Positions 34,577 to 48,839 of a DNA stretch of 64,000 bases are shown one piece after another (within the stretch, counting starts at the first letter, position 1; every line of letters starts with the position of its first letter). The stretch is taken from positions 28,616,150-28,680,149 of the forward strand of contig NC_134026.1 of assembly GCF_964204645.1 (NCBI RefSeq), written 5' to 3'. The notes beneath the pieces are model-generated. The model searched no databases. It had not been told where the DNA came from and worked only from the letters and a program-made list of their open reading frames with translations. Made by a program: the position numbers and the translations under genes. Origin of the DNA: Tubulanus polymorphus. Lineage: Eukaryota > Animalia > Nemertea.

Positions 34577-37516
34577 TTAGTTATCATAAAGACTTCCCCT
34601 TCTTGGATATTCTGTACTACCGCTTGCTGCTGATGCCGCGTGCTGATCTCCATGTTGATAGGAATATGAGTATGAATATTCATTTTGATACTGGCCGCCA
34701 GCACCGCCGGCTTGTTGTATCGGTATATTCGACCCCATAGCTACACCAGATTGCTGTACCATACTACTAGATTCTCCCATTGTAGCCCTTTGCGGTTGCG
34801 GATTGAAATTAACGGTTTGAACGAGGATCGGTTGGTCTTGAGCGGTTATATGCCCCGATGATGTTCCAGCCATATTCCCCGCAATATCGTTACCGTACGA
34901 CGTCGATGAAGTCACCGTTTTAGTTTCGTGGTGTTCATTTACCCCACCACTAGGGGGTGGGCGATACAATACAGCCCCTGGAGAGGCAATATTCTGTTGA
35001 TCTTGATATACAATCGTCGACTGTTCGCTTCTACTTTCAATATGTTGTGGTACAGGTTGGTGGATAGGTTGTTGATGCGCTATGATTTGGCGTTGTTGAA
35101 GTGATGGACTTTGTTGTACAACTAGAATCTGTTGGTCGTGTCCAATAGGGGTAAAACTGCGCTGCTGTAAACTTGGACTTTGTTGTACAACAAAAACCTG
35201 CTGCTCATTACTTTTAGCAAAAGCCTGTGAACCAGATCCCCCTTTCTGCCCCCTCTGTGCATACGACGCTTGTGCGCTTGATGGGATATAAAACTGTTTA
35301 CCTCCCGCTCGCTTCGTTTCGTTTTGTTGCACAGTAACAAAACCACTATTTTGTGCTTGAACTGATGCGGCATTCTGCGGGGCTTGTTGCACGACTATAA
35401 CCTGGCGCTGTTCGCCCCCTTGTTGACCGTAGTTTTCACCGACCTGATTTGCGCTGTAGTACTGAAAGTCGAAGTCTTTTTCGGCAACAGCAGAGGTTGG
35501 TCGTGACGACCACGAACCACCACTTACATCACGCTTCAATGAACGATCTTCGTACTCAGGAGTTGTACCAGCAGATGTTTGAGCGACGACTATCGCAGGT
35601 GTGTGATGAGTTGGTTGCACGATGGTAATACTTCCCCCACCAGCTGCAGCTTGTGTAGGAACAACTTGAAGCTGCGCTTTCTTAGTTCCTTTCTTCACGA
35701 CTACAACTCGAGGTTCCTGAAATATTACGCAATGAAATTCCATAAAAATGTATTTCCCTGGATATCGCAATGTTGTATTATAGTTCTGATACTTACCTGG
35801 CTGTTGATATAGTTAGGATTACTGCGAGTTGGTTTTATGCAGAAAGCATGACAGCACAGTATCATGGACATAAGTATGAAACACCAACCTAGTCCCAAAA
35901 GTACAAATCCCCATGGTTTCAATGTGCTAGAATATGAATAAGATATTGTTACTTAAATGCTAGCTTTTCGAAATATATCATTAGCTTGGTTCATACGTGT
36001 TTTGCTATGTGCTAAGAATCTTGCATATTGAGCTACCGATTAGGGAGATAGGCTCACAATTTAAACTCGAACCACGGTGTTAAAAGTAAATCCATTGCCA
36101 ATTATGTTCAAACATGACACCGCCAAATCTAACTGGTGAGCCCATGGTCTAGCTGAATGAGCACAGAGACGGCGTGGTCAGCCTTTCTGGCTGCAGATCA
36201 CGCTTACTAAAAGTTTGAAATAGTGGAGTTATATCACCTAATATATCTATGGATATCGTTACCATGTTTTATTCTCTATTTTCAATAGAGATTTTTAGTA
36301 GGTTTAGCGTTGGTAACACAGAAACAGCGCGTCTGCTAAAGTGTATCAGGAGGTGTATAGCAGATTTCTATCCAATGTGTGTTTTGTGCATACCTCGAGC
36401 TCTAAAATATACACCGATTGCATAAACAGAAAACTTGTTCTTTAAGTGTAGAATTTCAGCCGGCTAAATTTAGCTAGTGTTTATTCATCACAGAGGTACG
36501 CATCAGGTTAGAACCAACAGGTAGCTAGGAATTAACATGACATTAATCCAACTTCAAACGAAATATCTCGGTAAACTTCATTAACTTTTACTTTTTCATT
36601 GCTTTGTAATAGTATTTTAGTATTCAGGAGATTTCACACAGAAATATGATGCAGCGACTATCAAAGAATGATGTATACATACAAATGTCCAGACAAGCGA
36701 ATGAACATATATCTAATTTTTGGATACAGGAGATCGTGTCAGTCTCATCCGTACAGTTTTACTACAGGCTCATAGGCTTGTTAGGAGGTGTTTTCGATTT
36801 ATTACGCTTTTTTAACGGACATGGTTGGATGCTCTTAACTGTATCGAAGTTAGATAATGATAACGCGTTAAACCTCCCGATAAAATTAACCTGAATTTAT
36901 AATCAAATTATTCGACATTCCTCCGCATGCCGTAACAGGTCTCTCAGCGGAAAGAGCGTCTTGAACTTCGATATATCATCAAATACAGCAGCTCGAGCGC
37001 GTAGACTAAAGCACTAAAACTCTTACACAACACTCTCATATTTCTGAATGCCTTTAGTCTGACTTAGTCTAAGCAAAACCTACACGATCTCAGCAAAAAT
37101 GTTATCTAAAAGCTGATCTTTCATATAAAAAGAACCAAATGAACTTTATTTGAGAACTATGAGTTTCAGATATATCAGAATTCACTGAGTGGTTATTCAA
37201 TGTTAGTTGATTCCAGTAGCTTGTTTAATTTGTTCATAGAAATGATAATAGGATAATTATCTCTTAATCAATTAGCATTTCTGTGTTAATTTGTCTCAAT
37301 TTCCCAGTCACCTACATTATGAAATATATATTACATGACTACTTATGAAACTTACCCTGGCATATGATTGAGACCAACGAGAACAAGTATGAGGCCTGCT
37401 AACAGTAAAACACCTCCAAATCCACCTAGTAAATATACAATCTCTTTTGGTAAGACATAATCATGGATCTTGGCTTTCCCTATTTTCACTTTTCCCTTGA
37501 TTATCGGCCTCGCCAT
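34577..37516 (-). CDS. Uncharacterised two-transmembrane protein with long Gln/Ser/Gly-rich C-terminal tail, ~476 aa
   Basis: Exons 37516-37356, 35926-35797 and 35716-34577 are in frame (1431 nt). TM1 IVYLLGGFGGVLLLAGLILVLVGL, TM2 WGFVLLGLGWCFILMSMILCCHAFCI, then a ~380-aa low-complexity tail. Confidence 0.75.
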
Positions 37517-37899
37517 AATCCAACTTTTCACAATTTAGTTTGGCTCCTACGAATAACCAGAACGTTTATCAACCATAACTGATTCGTGCTGTGTGATACT
37601 CTCGATCTATCTCATACAGCACGTAACCATACCGCGCCACACCTACACTGATTTAAACTTTGTAGTTGCGCTTAGCGCTTCCGCTGACGCTAGTCCTCGA
37701 GGCAGCAGTCATGAAAATGATTCTTTCGCATCGCTTCGATGCACTGACGCAATCAAACTCCAGACCTGGACCCGCCAGACTGCAATTATCATAAATAAGT
37801 CACTTTTTGGCTTCTTTGGTCTCACTCCGTATTGTAGCAATTCACACGAAACCCTGTCAATTTTTCTACTATGATTTAATTTTGAAATGCAAAATAAAT

Positions 37900-38340
37900 T
37901 CATTCTCATTCATCATTCGTCATGATTCGACTCAATTCGTCCCCTGTCGTACGCTGGACGCGCCCTTTGGAACAGTGACGTCAAGCCAAGGGTAGTAAGT
38001 TCGTAAAACGTAAGTCATAAAATGTGATTTGTATTTCGTAAAGCGTAAGTCATAATTCGTATAAGCTTAACTCGTTAAACGTAATTGTATAAAATCTAGA
38101 CCACGTGTGACATACGAAATGAAGGGAAAACGAATTCACCGGTCCGGTCGCGCCCGCCGGTGTCACCAAACATTTGTACTTACGTAAATCAAATATTGTA
38201 TATTGTCAACCCTTATAAAGTGGGACTACATATTCGCCATCTATCGGTCAGGTTCAGTATACTACCTCCATCTTTGTTGATACACGAAATATTTCTGTCG
38301 CGTGTGCACGTTTCTTTTCAATATTTCACCTCTTTCTTGC
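37900..38340. promoter_or_regulatory. Putative divergent promoter region with CRE, E-box and bZIP palindromes
   Basis: TGACGTCA 37976-37983, CACGTG 38102-38107, TTACGTAA 38180-38187 and a GC-rich patch at 38140-38160. It lies between the minus-strand 2-TM gene and a plus-strand ATG/donor at 38342-38355. Confidence 0.45.
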
Positions 38341-38341
38341 T

Positions 38342-41300
38342 ATGGATCGGTGAGTCTTTCAGTATCTAATACTAATCTGTGTAATAAACTGTCGTTAACT
38401 TTTCATAGCTGTGGTTGTAATGATTCATAAAGCACGCTAAAGTTACTTTCTTATTTCGATTGTCAACACCACCACCCGCGCTTGCTTGAAATCCTCATCA
38501 TCGACTCCCGTATTGGCCATTATTGCATTGCAATTCTCGCGCACTTGTTATGTAACTGTCTCTTGCATCTTTCTATTTCACATTGCTCCCACGAAAAGCT
38601 GGAGTTATATATATATATATTCAGGGTTGTGTTTCAACTCCTACCTAAGCCATTCCAGGCGCGTTGTTGGAACTGGATATGGAATGGAAGCAATTTTTGA
38701 TTGCCGTGGCCAGTTGCCGATTTTTGATGGGTTCTGATGTATTGCTGCATTGAATTTACTCCAATTTCTTCAAAATATGGTATTCAAAGGAAAAAATGTC
38801 GTTCAGTAATTTATTTGATTTATGCCTTAATTTGGTTCCCATGGCACGCCACTAAAATTTAGTCTGAAATGAATTAGTAATTTTACAGCTATTATTAGGG
38901 TTACACATTTTTTGAGACACCCTTTACAGGCATCTAATACGACCAGCCCAACAGTTTAAGTCTTAGGGTTCTTAGGTACAATACAAATGGCTCCTAACCT
39001 TAGCACTTAGTATGTTAGCACTAGACTGACCAGAGAGGTGACCTACTGCGGTGTACTGTTACTACCCGGGTCATCTCGTAGAAGGATAGCTGGTGTTAAG
39101 TGGTTGCTCATGCCTTGTTCATACATCCTAGCCTGTCTTTGTATTGGCAAGGTGGTGAAGGCCCATTCCCTAATACCTGAAATAGTCTGAAATCTCTAGG
39201 TGAATAGGCCCCTTGTTTTTATACAGATACTCCAGGCCTGTTGAAAAACTGAATCCTCCAGAAAATGTTAACCCTGCAGCAAGCTTGAATTGATGAATCT
39301 CTTCAGGGACTCGTTTTACAGCTCATGAATCTGATGAATTATTTAAGACATTTTATTTCATGTGACGCCCCATATTTTCTGCTTTATTGCTGATACAGGT
39401 TTTTTTTATCATCTATCTTCGTTCTAACATTTTTCATTAATTACACTGTAGTCTATATCTTATAATGCACTCTTTAACTTCCTGGATACAAAGATGAAAG
39501 GAATTGGAGTCACTGCATTTTCCGGCGAAATTCATGAAGATTCTTTTGTAGAATTGTTATCTGTGAAATAAAGAGAAATAAAAAAGGTCTTAGTAACTTT
39601 TATTTTGATTTCGACGAAGGTTTGGTCAGTTTTTGTTTTGAGAATGGAAATGTAGATGCAGTTTACTTCGATCATACAAGATACGTACACATTGATTCAG
39701 TCGGAATGTTAATGAGGATTTTGGCCTAATTTCTTACAATGCTGGTTGTCCATATTGTAAAATGGAGGGAAACATGAACTCTGATCCCTGAAATCCAAGA
39801 TATGCCCTATACAACAAGAACACCTAGATTGGTGCAAAGGTGGTCACATGATATTAGGGAAACAGTGGGGTTGGCATGGCAAAATAGTCCCCTTGCTTTA
39901 GATTGGTCACATGATATCAAGCTAAGTCCACACCTACGGTTGGCATGATTGAATTCACCCTAGACTTATGATTGGTCCATAGACAGCCACCTGATAGTAT
40001 GTGATTTGCATTAAAAGAGCATTTTTTTTCAATCAATTTCATGATCAGGGTTCTTATGAACATGATCTTGCAATTGACCATCACAAAATCGAAATCGATA
40101 ACAATTATCGGACGAACCCATTTGTGTGTCTGAATATCCCTTGCATTTAGATTTGATCTTGAAAAAAGAGTTTGTCCTCAGTATTTACAGTTTAATCAAC
40201 TATTTAGACCCAACAAAATTTATCAGGGTTACAACAAATCTAGATATATGTATTTGTAAACATTATTATTTATGTACAGGTGGACAGTAAATAATATCTG
40301 AATCAGATCAAAATCCGACTGAAACATATTTTCACGTAGGTGGTTTTACCATAGACAATATGATATATAATTAGAGTCCATGGTTTGTAAGTGTACATGA
40401 GTCCTGACTTGTGATAGATACTAGCACATTAGTTTTTGTGTTTACATGTGATTGAGCGTGACACATGTTATATATGATAGTTCAATTGCAGGTGTTAAAC
40501 TGCATTGAATAATGGACATTGTTTTGTAGTAATCTTTTCCAAAGCAGCTAATTTTCAGTAATTAATCATGAATGGGGAATGACATATAGAGACCTGTCAT
40601 AAACAGCTCAACACTTAATTACTCACTTGGGGTAAAATATCTAGTGCTTTTGTCAGCTGATAGATTTTCATGAATGCATCAAATATCTTGTTATAGTCTG
40701 AGTTGTCTAAATGAAATAGCAGCTAGTGCTTAGAACAAATTGCTTCCTTCGACCAATAATGTTGCATGTGAGATGTGATGAGAGGAAATTTGACGCCGCA
40801 TTGTCCAATGTACATTAGTCCTGTCAGTCGGAAATTGAAGTCATACTAATGAATAAAACATTTGCTGTACAAACACGGATTTGAGAAGAGAAGGTGCTTA
40901 GTTCCCTAAAAACCAATGAATTAAAAATGTCAATATGCTTTTTCGTGTAAAATGTATTATATATGATTTGTAATATTTTCTGGTGTTAACGATGAAATGA
41001 GTTTCTTGATTTTTTCATTTATTACAGAAATGGTTATTGCGATGAATTTCAAAAACTGAGAAAACCGTTAATGTTCTATCAGTAAGTATCTTGATATGGT
41101 ATGAAATTGATCGTAGAAATAACTTGTTGTATGTGGTTTTTTTTTTTTTAACGCCCGACAATTGCTCGATTCATTACGACGGACAAGAACTTACTTTTTT
41201 TCTTTTTTTACTGCTAAGCATAAAATGACTGTAGAACAGTTGGTAGGAACATCATCTTCCGTTCATTCAATCATTTCACATTGTCTACGCTTCTATCTCA

Positions 41301-43700
41301 CTATCTTTACTTGAAATTATACAGCAGAAAGTCATCGGATATCCAGCAGTCAGGTAGTCAGATTAATTTCCTATCAATATTTACTGGTAGGAATAAGTTT
41401 TGTGGCATCGTGAATGTTCTACTATAATGGAATTCTAGTGTTTTCGAGCATTGGATCGTTCATTTCACCTCTGACTGCGGTTTATAAAAAGTTTCTAGTC
41501 ACGCGTTTAATTGTCTATTGCAAGATTTCATAAATTATCTTCAAACTGTGGGCTACTTAAACAAGTCCGTCAGGAAGGGATTACTGCGAATGATTTCATC
41601 GATATATCAAATTGATTAGTTTGATATTGATAGTTTAAATTGATAGATCAATAATTGGATATGAACTTTAGCAAAGTTGTGAGCTGAATTCTTAAATTTT
41701 TATCGCTTAAATCAGTTCCTTCAATTAGGAATTATTTGACTACGATTTTATAATTGTTCCAACGATGGATGAAAATCACGACTATTTAACTCTGTGCGTA
41801 GGACTGTTAAGGTAAGTTTTAAGATCGATGAATCTGAATTTCTAAAATCATGCAATCTTAGCTGAAATGATACATCGTAGGGAATTTCAAATCAAATACC
41901 TGTAACAAAGAATAATTTTATTCATTCAATATTTGAATTCCTCGGTGAAATTTTGATAGATATCCGTATGATTTTCAAATTTTTTATGCTTTTGCCTAAA
42001 ATTATTGAAAGATTTGCTTTAGGTCCTATATGTGTTTGAAGTTATTCAGATTATTGGGTTAATCCTGTAAGTGATGATATTTCCCTGAATCCACCTGATA
42101 ATAGTTTTCTGAAAGTTGAAGGTCTCAATTACAGTTACCAATCAGTTAGCAATCAGTAAACGTATGTAACATTGTACGTATCTAATTCCCAGTCGAAGGT
42201 TTTTCTCGGTAAAGAATTTCAATGGTTTTGCAGAAAATGTGATTTTTACACAGTTGGAAGTCGGCGTTAAAATAAATAAATGCCGTGTCGATGGGAGTGA
42301 TAAGAACCGTATTTAGTTACAGGTTTAAAACACCCTTCATTCTATTGATATAGCAGACTAACTTGTTACCAAATTTAGATGATAAAAAGTTGTTGTAATT
42401 TTGGTTGCGTTTTATTCGCTTGATTTACAGTAACGTAGAGAGTGAAAGTTGAGGCAGCTGAGTTCAGCTGGTTACTATTAATCTTCACTGAGATTTGTTT
42501 GTGGATTAACGTTATTTTAGGAGATAATTAGGCTTTTTTTGCATGCGTTATTTTCTAGACGATGAGGCATGTTATTGTGACAAGTAAAGGTTAATCAGTG
42601 GGTGCTTTTACCTTTATATCGCGTGAGCAAATTGATTTAAAAATCAGCAGCGTGTTACGATTATATCTCGTTGTGGTTTGTTTAATATAACCGTGAGATG
42701 ATTATTTTTTGCTGTCTTGTTTGGAGCCATACACTCTTCACAACTGACAGATTGTAATTTTTGTTTGACGCAATGAATGAAATCGAAGCCGGCAAAAACC
42801 TTGGGAAAGAATAGATATATGGGTGTCAGTTTATTTTCGTTTTTTTCTTTTTTCTGATTAAAAATATATCTACCTGTGTTATCGGAAATCTGGAAATATT
42901 CATTACATCCGAACCGGATTAAAAATCATAGTTTGCTTTTTGAAACTTCAGGGGCCCCTAATCCGGCTGTTGGTCGTAAGTATAGTCATCGTTTATATGA
43001 ATATATATTTCAAACCTCGCGGCTTGATAATATTCAGATTCTCTCTTTCACTTTGCTTTAAATCCTCGCTTTATGAGACCTTTTTTACCGTATTTTATCA
43101 TCGCAATAAACTTTATTCTTCGCTGTAGGTTTTATCTCCTTCCACCGGCCATACCTAGCACAAATGAAAAAAACATAAAGAGTTTATATTAATTACATAT
43201 TTTTCACTCCCGTATTTCTACAAGTTTTTTTTAACGTAGACCGTGTTGTTTCAAGGCAATCTTTCATTAGTTAAGAAAATGTGTTGGGCGTACTTTGTAA
43301 ATAAATAAGTATCGAAATCTTTCTTGATGAAACGTATTTTCCAGAAATTGTGAATCGCCCGTAACTATAGGACTAAAGAACATTAATTGATGCTTGACTT
43401 CTTTCTGTTCTGCTCTTGAGTTGTGTTTCTTTTCTCCAATCGGCGTCCCACCTGATTAATGAATAGAATAGATTTCGGTGAGAATATCCTATTTATTTCA
43501 CTGAGTTCTCTTGATCAAGAAGGTTCTTAATACATGTTCTCTTTCGTAAATCTTTCTTCATTTGATGTAAGTGACACTTTTGTTCTTGTTAAACAACTTC
43601 ATTAAATCATGCACTTTTTCCTTATCGTTACTTTTACATTTTTGTTAAATTTTTCCATTTTTCTTTAAATTTCAGAGAGCTTTCCAGTGCAGGAATGAAG
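38342..43700 (+). CDS. Putative 5' coding microexon chain of a large gene extending beyond the window
   Basis: Exons 38342-38349, 41028-41081, 41325-41353, 41802-41811 and 43676-43700 have GT donors and AG acceptors. They join into the stop-free MDRNGYCDEFQKLRKPLMFYHRKSSDIQQSGLLRELSSAGMK (ends phase 0). Product not recognised. Confidence 0.4.
38684..38815 (+). mobile_element. Partial copy of MITE family B
   Basis: TGGAAGCAATTTTTGATTGCCG..AATTTACT..AATTTCTTCAAAA..TTCAGTAA is colinear with 27307-27430. Confidence 0.65.
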
Positions 43701-46700
43701 GTAAATATAATATATATCTTTTTTCTTATATCTCCTGATATTCCGAAAATTTGACAATATGATTCCAGTCTCAGGATCTATTTCACTGTCCGGTTTAGGG
43801 CTTAATTGTCTATATTATATCTATTAGCAGGCTCTGCATTCAAGGTTTAATTTTTTGCATTCTGATTTGTATTTTTTTTCATTTTCTGCATTATATCGAC
43901 ATGGTAACAAAATTCATTGTAAAGCAGAAAGTGGCGCACTTAGCTTTGTTGTTCAAGTATTGGCCCACTCATTGCATGTTCCAAGTATTTGATTTTTAAA
44001 TCAAGACAATAGCGAGCCCAATTCCCATGCACTAATGATGCTGTTTTGCATATAAAAGTAGAAATGAATTTTTCAGTAAACATTCCCGCTGCTGTACAGC
44101 ACCTATAAACCTATAAAACAGACCCTGAAAGTGATTTTTCAAGTGATTTTTGTTTCGTTTTGACTGAGGTTATGGGAAGTACTGGAATGTGTGAAAGAAT
44201 TTCATCTCCAAACTATTCTCTTCTACCGTCTATAGTTTTGATGTAAAACATGTCTGATTTCCCTGCTATGCCGGAATAATATATATGTTGTAAACGATCG
44301 TTGTATAATGTGGCTGGGAAATTGTTTTTCCTTGACAATAAATCAGTCGTCATTCGACTAATTATACATGATATCATCGCAATGAACTACGGTCTACATT
44401 AAAGCAATGCATCTTCCATAATCTGCAGTGAAATAATCGTGATTACTTCTAAGACTTGTAATTGAAAATAACTTCGAAAGTGTGAGGAATTTAAAGTCGT
44501 TTTTGTATGGGGGAATTGGCTCTTGAAATAGGGGAATCTTGAAACCTGGCGATTTAGAGAAAAACAATGTTTAATAAATATGGATATGATCAGATTCATA
44601 ATTTGTTTGTAGTGATAGGGCACTTGCTTGGTACGGGTACGAACTAGCTTAAAGCAAATGAGTACGCCAGGTGTCTTATGATGATAGTATCTCTGTTTGA
44701 TGAAGACGAACAGATTTGGTTAAAAAAATCACTTAGTTTTTCTAATAAACATTCATAAAGTACGACGAAAAACCTGTTTTATCACTCTGGTCTGTTTCTT
44801 TTACTAAAAGATTTTATATTTTGTGTAATATTTTTAGTTTTTACTTTTATTTTATGTCTTTCCCTCTGTTACCTAATGACAGTCAATGTCTCGAACTCGG
44901 TCATTTCTAGTTGATCTATGTTTACCGCGCTGGTTTTAAATCAGAAATCTCACGTAAATCTTCTTAAGATCAAAGTGAAAATGTAATTCCGCGTTATAAG
45001 AATTGTACTCAAGTTTTTAACCAGTTCATTGAGTATGTTCAACTGGAAACTCAGAATGCTTAACGATTTTGAGTAATGTATCATCTTTATTCATGAATTC
45101 TACAGTTTTTTCCTGTACTGAAATATCGTGGTGTTAAGTAGTCGTTCCAAGAAGCGAAAGTTTTCCATGCGTCAATGCCGAAATGACTTTTTCTCTTTCT
45201 ATACCTCAAGAAATCAATCATTTATCTAGAAACAGCGCTATGTTTAGTATTGGCCGATGTAAATAGAATAGACTTTTATACTTAATACGTTTTGACCATA
45301 TCATAAAAGTCATCTTCAGGCGAATATACTGTTTGCTCAGGGAAAAATTTCGGACTTTATTTGTCGTCGTTTGTGTGGGATTTAGTATCCATATCCCGGA
45401 AGTCCTTCAAAATTGCTTGCTTTTTAAACTGAAAGGAAAGGATTTGATAATGGTCGATTTGTAACTGCCAGGAAGACTCTGAAATTATATGCAAGGATGG
45501 TTGTAAGTTTCGGAATTATGATTTCAAATGTCATATTTTCAGCTATATTCACTTGTTTGTACTTCCAATTTCAAGCCGGATAAAAACATTGATACCTCTT
45601 CTGCCGCGGGACATAATAATCGTAAAAGGTTTGGAACTGCACGAGGCATCATCATTTGTCTGAGAACCTTTTACAATATCCGCAATCATCCTCTTCTTCT
45701 GACAAGTGATGATGTTTTTATTTTCGTTATGAGGTTATCTTATTGATTTCCATTTTTGTTCAGTTTGGTTTTTGAGTTAATGGAATTTTTTTTCGTTAAT
45801 AGTTCATGTTTGCTTTAGTTTCTTGTTTATTTTCTGATGAATTTTCTCCATATTGATTGTATTTAATTTAGCATGCCTGGCATGTGGAATAAATAGAATT
45901 GATGAATTGTTTTTCGACTGTGCATGTCTAAGATCTAAGAGTCAGTTGATATTGACTTTATAACTCAATTGAAAAATTTAAATCGATCAATGTTTGAACG
46001 CGTGTAGAATTACCACAATCGAAAGTATGTGAAATAGCTATCTTATGTTGATAGGAGATGGAAATATGAAGAAGATGAGAATTACTTCACACATGATAGT
46101 AATATATCTAACAGATTCGATTATCAGGTATATTTTCGATGCATGAGTTCAGCTTTTCATAGAATGAACACGTTTGATATTGTGCGGTCACTATTTATAA
46201 GAAAACATTTGAATATCGCGCTTGAACTAATGGTTCTTTAATGATATGATGAAGAGGTAGTGGCACCGTCGCAATTATAGAATAGAGCAATGAACCCACG
46301 ATAAAATAACTGAAAAGTTTTGAGGCATCGAAAAATTTATTTAGACTGACTTTTCAGTTTTTTAGTTTTCAGTTTAAACTGAAAATTCGAATTTTAATGA
46401 ATCATTCAACGTTTTAAGACTTTTCTGATTTTTTTTTTCATTACGGGTTTGAAACTCTTTGAATGATGAAGTTTCAACGAATGACTAGCTGAAGAATTCA
46501 ATTCATCGTGTGTCTCGACTCTGCTCTATCATCAGGGGTAATTAATTTAGAAAGATCGCTGCAGTTGTGGTTGTAAATCTATCGTATTGATTTTGCTCTA
46601 TTTACCGATTTCAAACACGATTCTGCAGGCTTTACGAGAGATCTTCTGAAATCTGTGTCAATGCTTTTGCGTAAAGCCATGGAAATCAATTGTGTCCCCG

Positions 46701-48764
46701 GGGTTCGTAATTCTACTTGAAGATAATTCACATATTGCCTGATCTCTTCGGGATTGCAGACTCTTTTCACGTTAATGTGTTAACGCTTTTAGGCTGATAA
46801 AGATGAGACTTTCCCCACGATGTGTCGCCATCTTCTGGTATTTGTATAAACTAATCTACTATCGATATATGCGGATAGTGAGCCACCTCACTATATGAGT
46901 TCTACTGACAGAGTATATATTATTCATGGACCATATTAATCTAAATAATTCGTCGCTTTTTACATTACGAATTTAATGATGATTAAAACAATTATCGAAG
47001 TGTCATTTTATCCTTTTATCTGATGTGGTAATGAAAATCGTTGTTTTCGGGGATAACCGATTTTTTCTGCTGCCGTTCCGAAATTTGTTTGAAAAATTAA
47101 AAGCATGTTTTAATGAGCGAGTCGTGTAGAGTGTGTTGTATTTGACAGCTGTTTATCGAAACGCTCGAAACGCTCTGATAGTTCGCAGTCAGATGCTGCG
47201 GTTTATTGTTACATTCAATAATATTGACCACGTTTCCCCCGTCAATCCTGCGTTTTATATTCATCAATCATTTATTTTCATCAGCTTTTATATCAGAAAT
47301 CATGCGATTAATAATTTAACAGTCCAGGAGGACTGGAACTTTAGGAACTCATTAACATAATTGTTAATATAGCTATCAATAATAAATTAGCCCACTATCA
47401 GTGGACCTTTAGCGTATTACGGACTCCTGGCTCGAACATTTCCCGTTATGAAATTTGAAGTTTGGTAAACATGAAACAAGTAGTGTATATCGTAGAGCAG
47501 GTGCTTTTTGAAGTGGACCATAGCTACGATTACTGTATGAACGTGTATACTTTGTATATTACAATTGAAATAAGACTCAATCATTAGATCTAAAATCATT
47601 AAAAAGCTCCTGTAACCCCTTTCCATCTAGCCATGAAACGAAATAACAATTCTGATAACATTTGAGCCCATAAATCATCTCATCGGATACTTTTTGCCGA
47701 GGGTTGCGACGAATTTCTGTGTCAAACGGTACTTTGACATGATTCTATGATTCTGTATATACTTAAAACCCATCAGTATCAGTGATTATATTGTAGACCT
47801 AAAAATAGAGTGCTCACAATGGCTTTTATTGGAAATCAAGGGTCATTTTCTGCCTCAATTTTACCTCATTTTTGGCTATTTAGTCAATTTCCTGTGTAGC
47901 AAAATCGGCCACCAATGTCATGATACTGTCAAAGTCACACGTAATTTAAGTTGTCCCTATTTTAAAGTCCAATTTGTATTTTCTCTTCAATTTACTGTAA
48001 GTGTAATTCGTCGACATAATGATGGTTTCAGCTATGACGATTTAAGCGACTGTAATTATGTGTATTCACATTTTCCTATTTTTGGTTTCTCGTCCTGTTT
48101 TTTTCCCTGGCGCCGTGATGTTGTAGCTGGTAAGGTTTATCAATGGTTTTATTGATGGGCTGGTGAGCGCGCGCGTAGGCTTAATTTAAAATTTATCAGG
48201 CCTTTGTTTGAATGTGAGATTATTGTCGGGACACCATGGTAATAATAATGATTATAATGGGTGAACAACGGGTTTCTGGCAGCCGCCAGTGCGAGCTTAT
48301 ATTGGGTGGACCAATCGTTAAACTCCGCAGAGTGCTTTTATAAACTATTTACCAAGTCCACATAAAGTTAATAATATAGTTGTCGTGTATATGCCAACTA
48401 GCCGGCATTATAACTTAGGAGGCCTTTGCATGATTAGATCAAATTTGCTTTCCTCGAGGGTTCAGCACACCTATTGTATTAATGCAGATCTGTAGAATGC
48501 TATGACATTTTTCTAGCATTTAACATTATATTTACATTGCCTGTTTAACTCCCTCTCAAAATACTACTTAGCCCAAACCATTTGGGTCAGATCACTCAAA
48601 GCGAGAAGCTTCGCCAAATTTTGCTGCTAGACGCATGCATGTCCTATTGTGTTGAGCTGTTTAGAACACTTTCCCCTGAAACATCGGTGGAACGTTTTCA
48701 CACTCTACCTAACTGCTAGCTAGACGTATAATAAACTGCTAGTAATAATCATTATACGAGGACA

Positions 48765-48839
48765 ATGTATGGCTACATGGGCTGTGGGATGGACGCTGCT
48801 GCACTTCCGTGGATATACACCGTTAATTTACCCATTAAG
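48765..48839 (+). CDS. Candidate alternative first coding exon (MYGYMGCGMDAAALPWIYTVNLPIK, phase 0)
   Basis: ATG, 25 open codons, then a strong AAG|GTAAG donor; locally GC-richer than its flanks. Confidence 0.35.

Noticed and set aside
46366-46385. Perfect 20-bp palindrome TTTTCAGTTTAAACTGAAAA as a regulatory operator
   Set aside because: It lies at the centre of a degenerate MITE-like element, which explains the symmetry.
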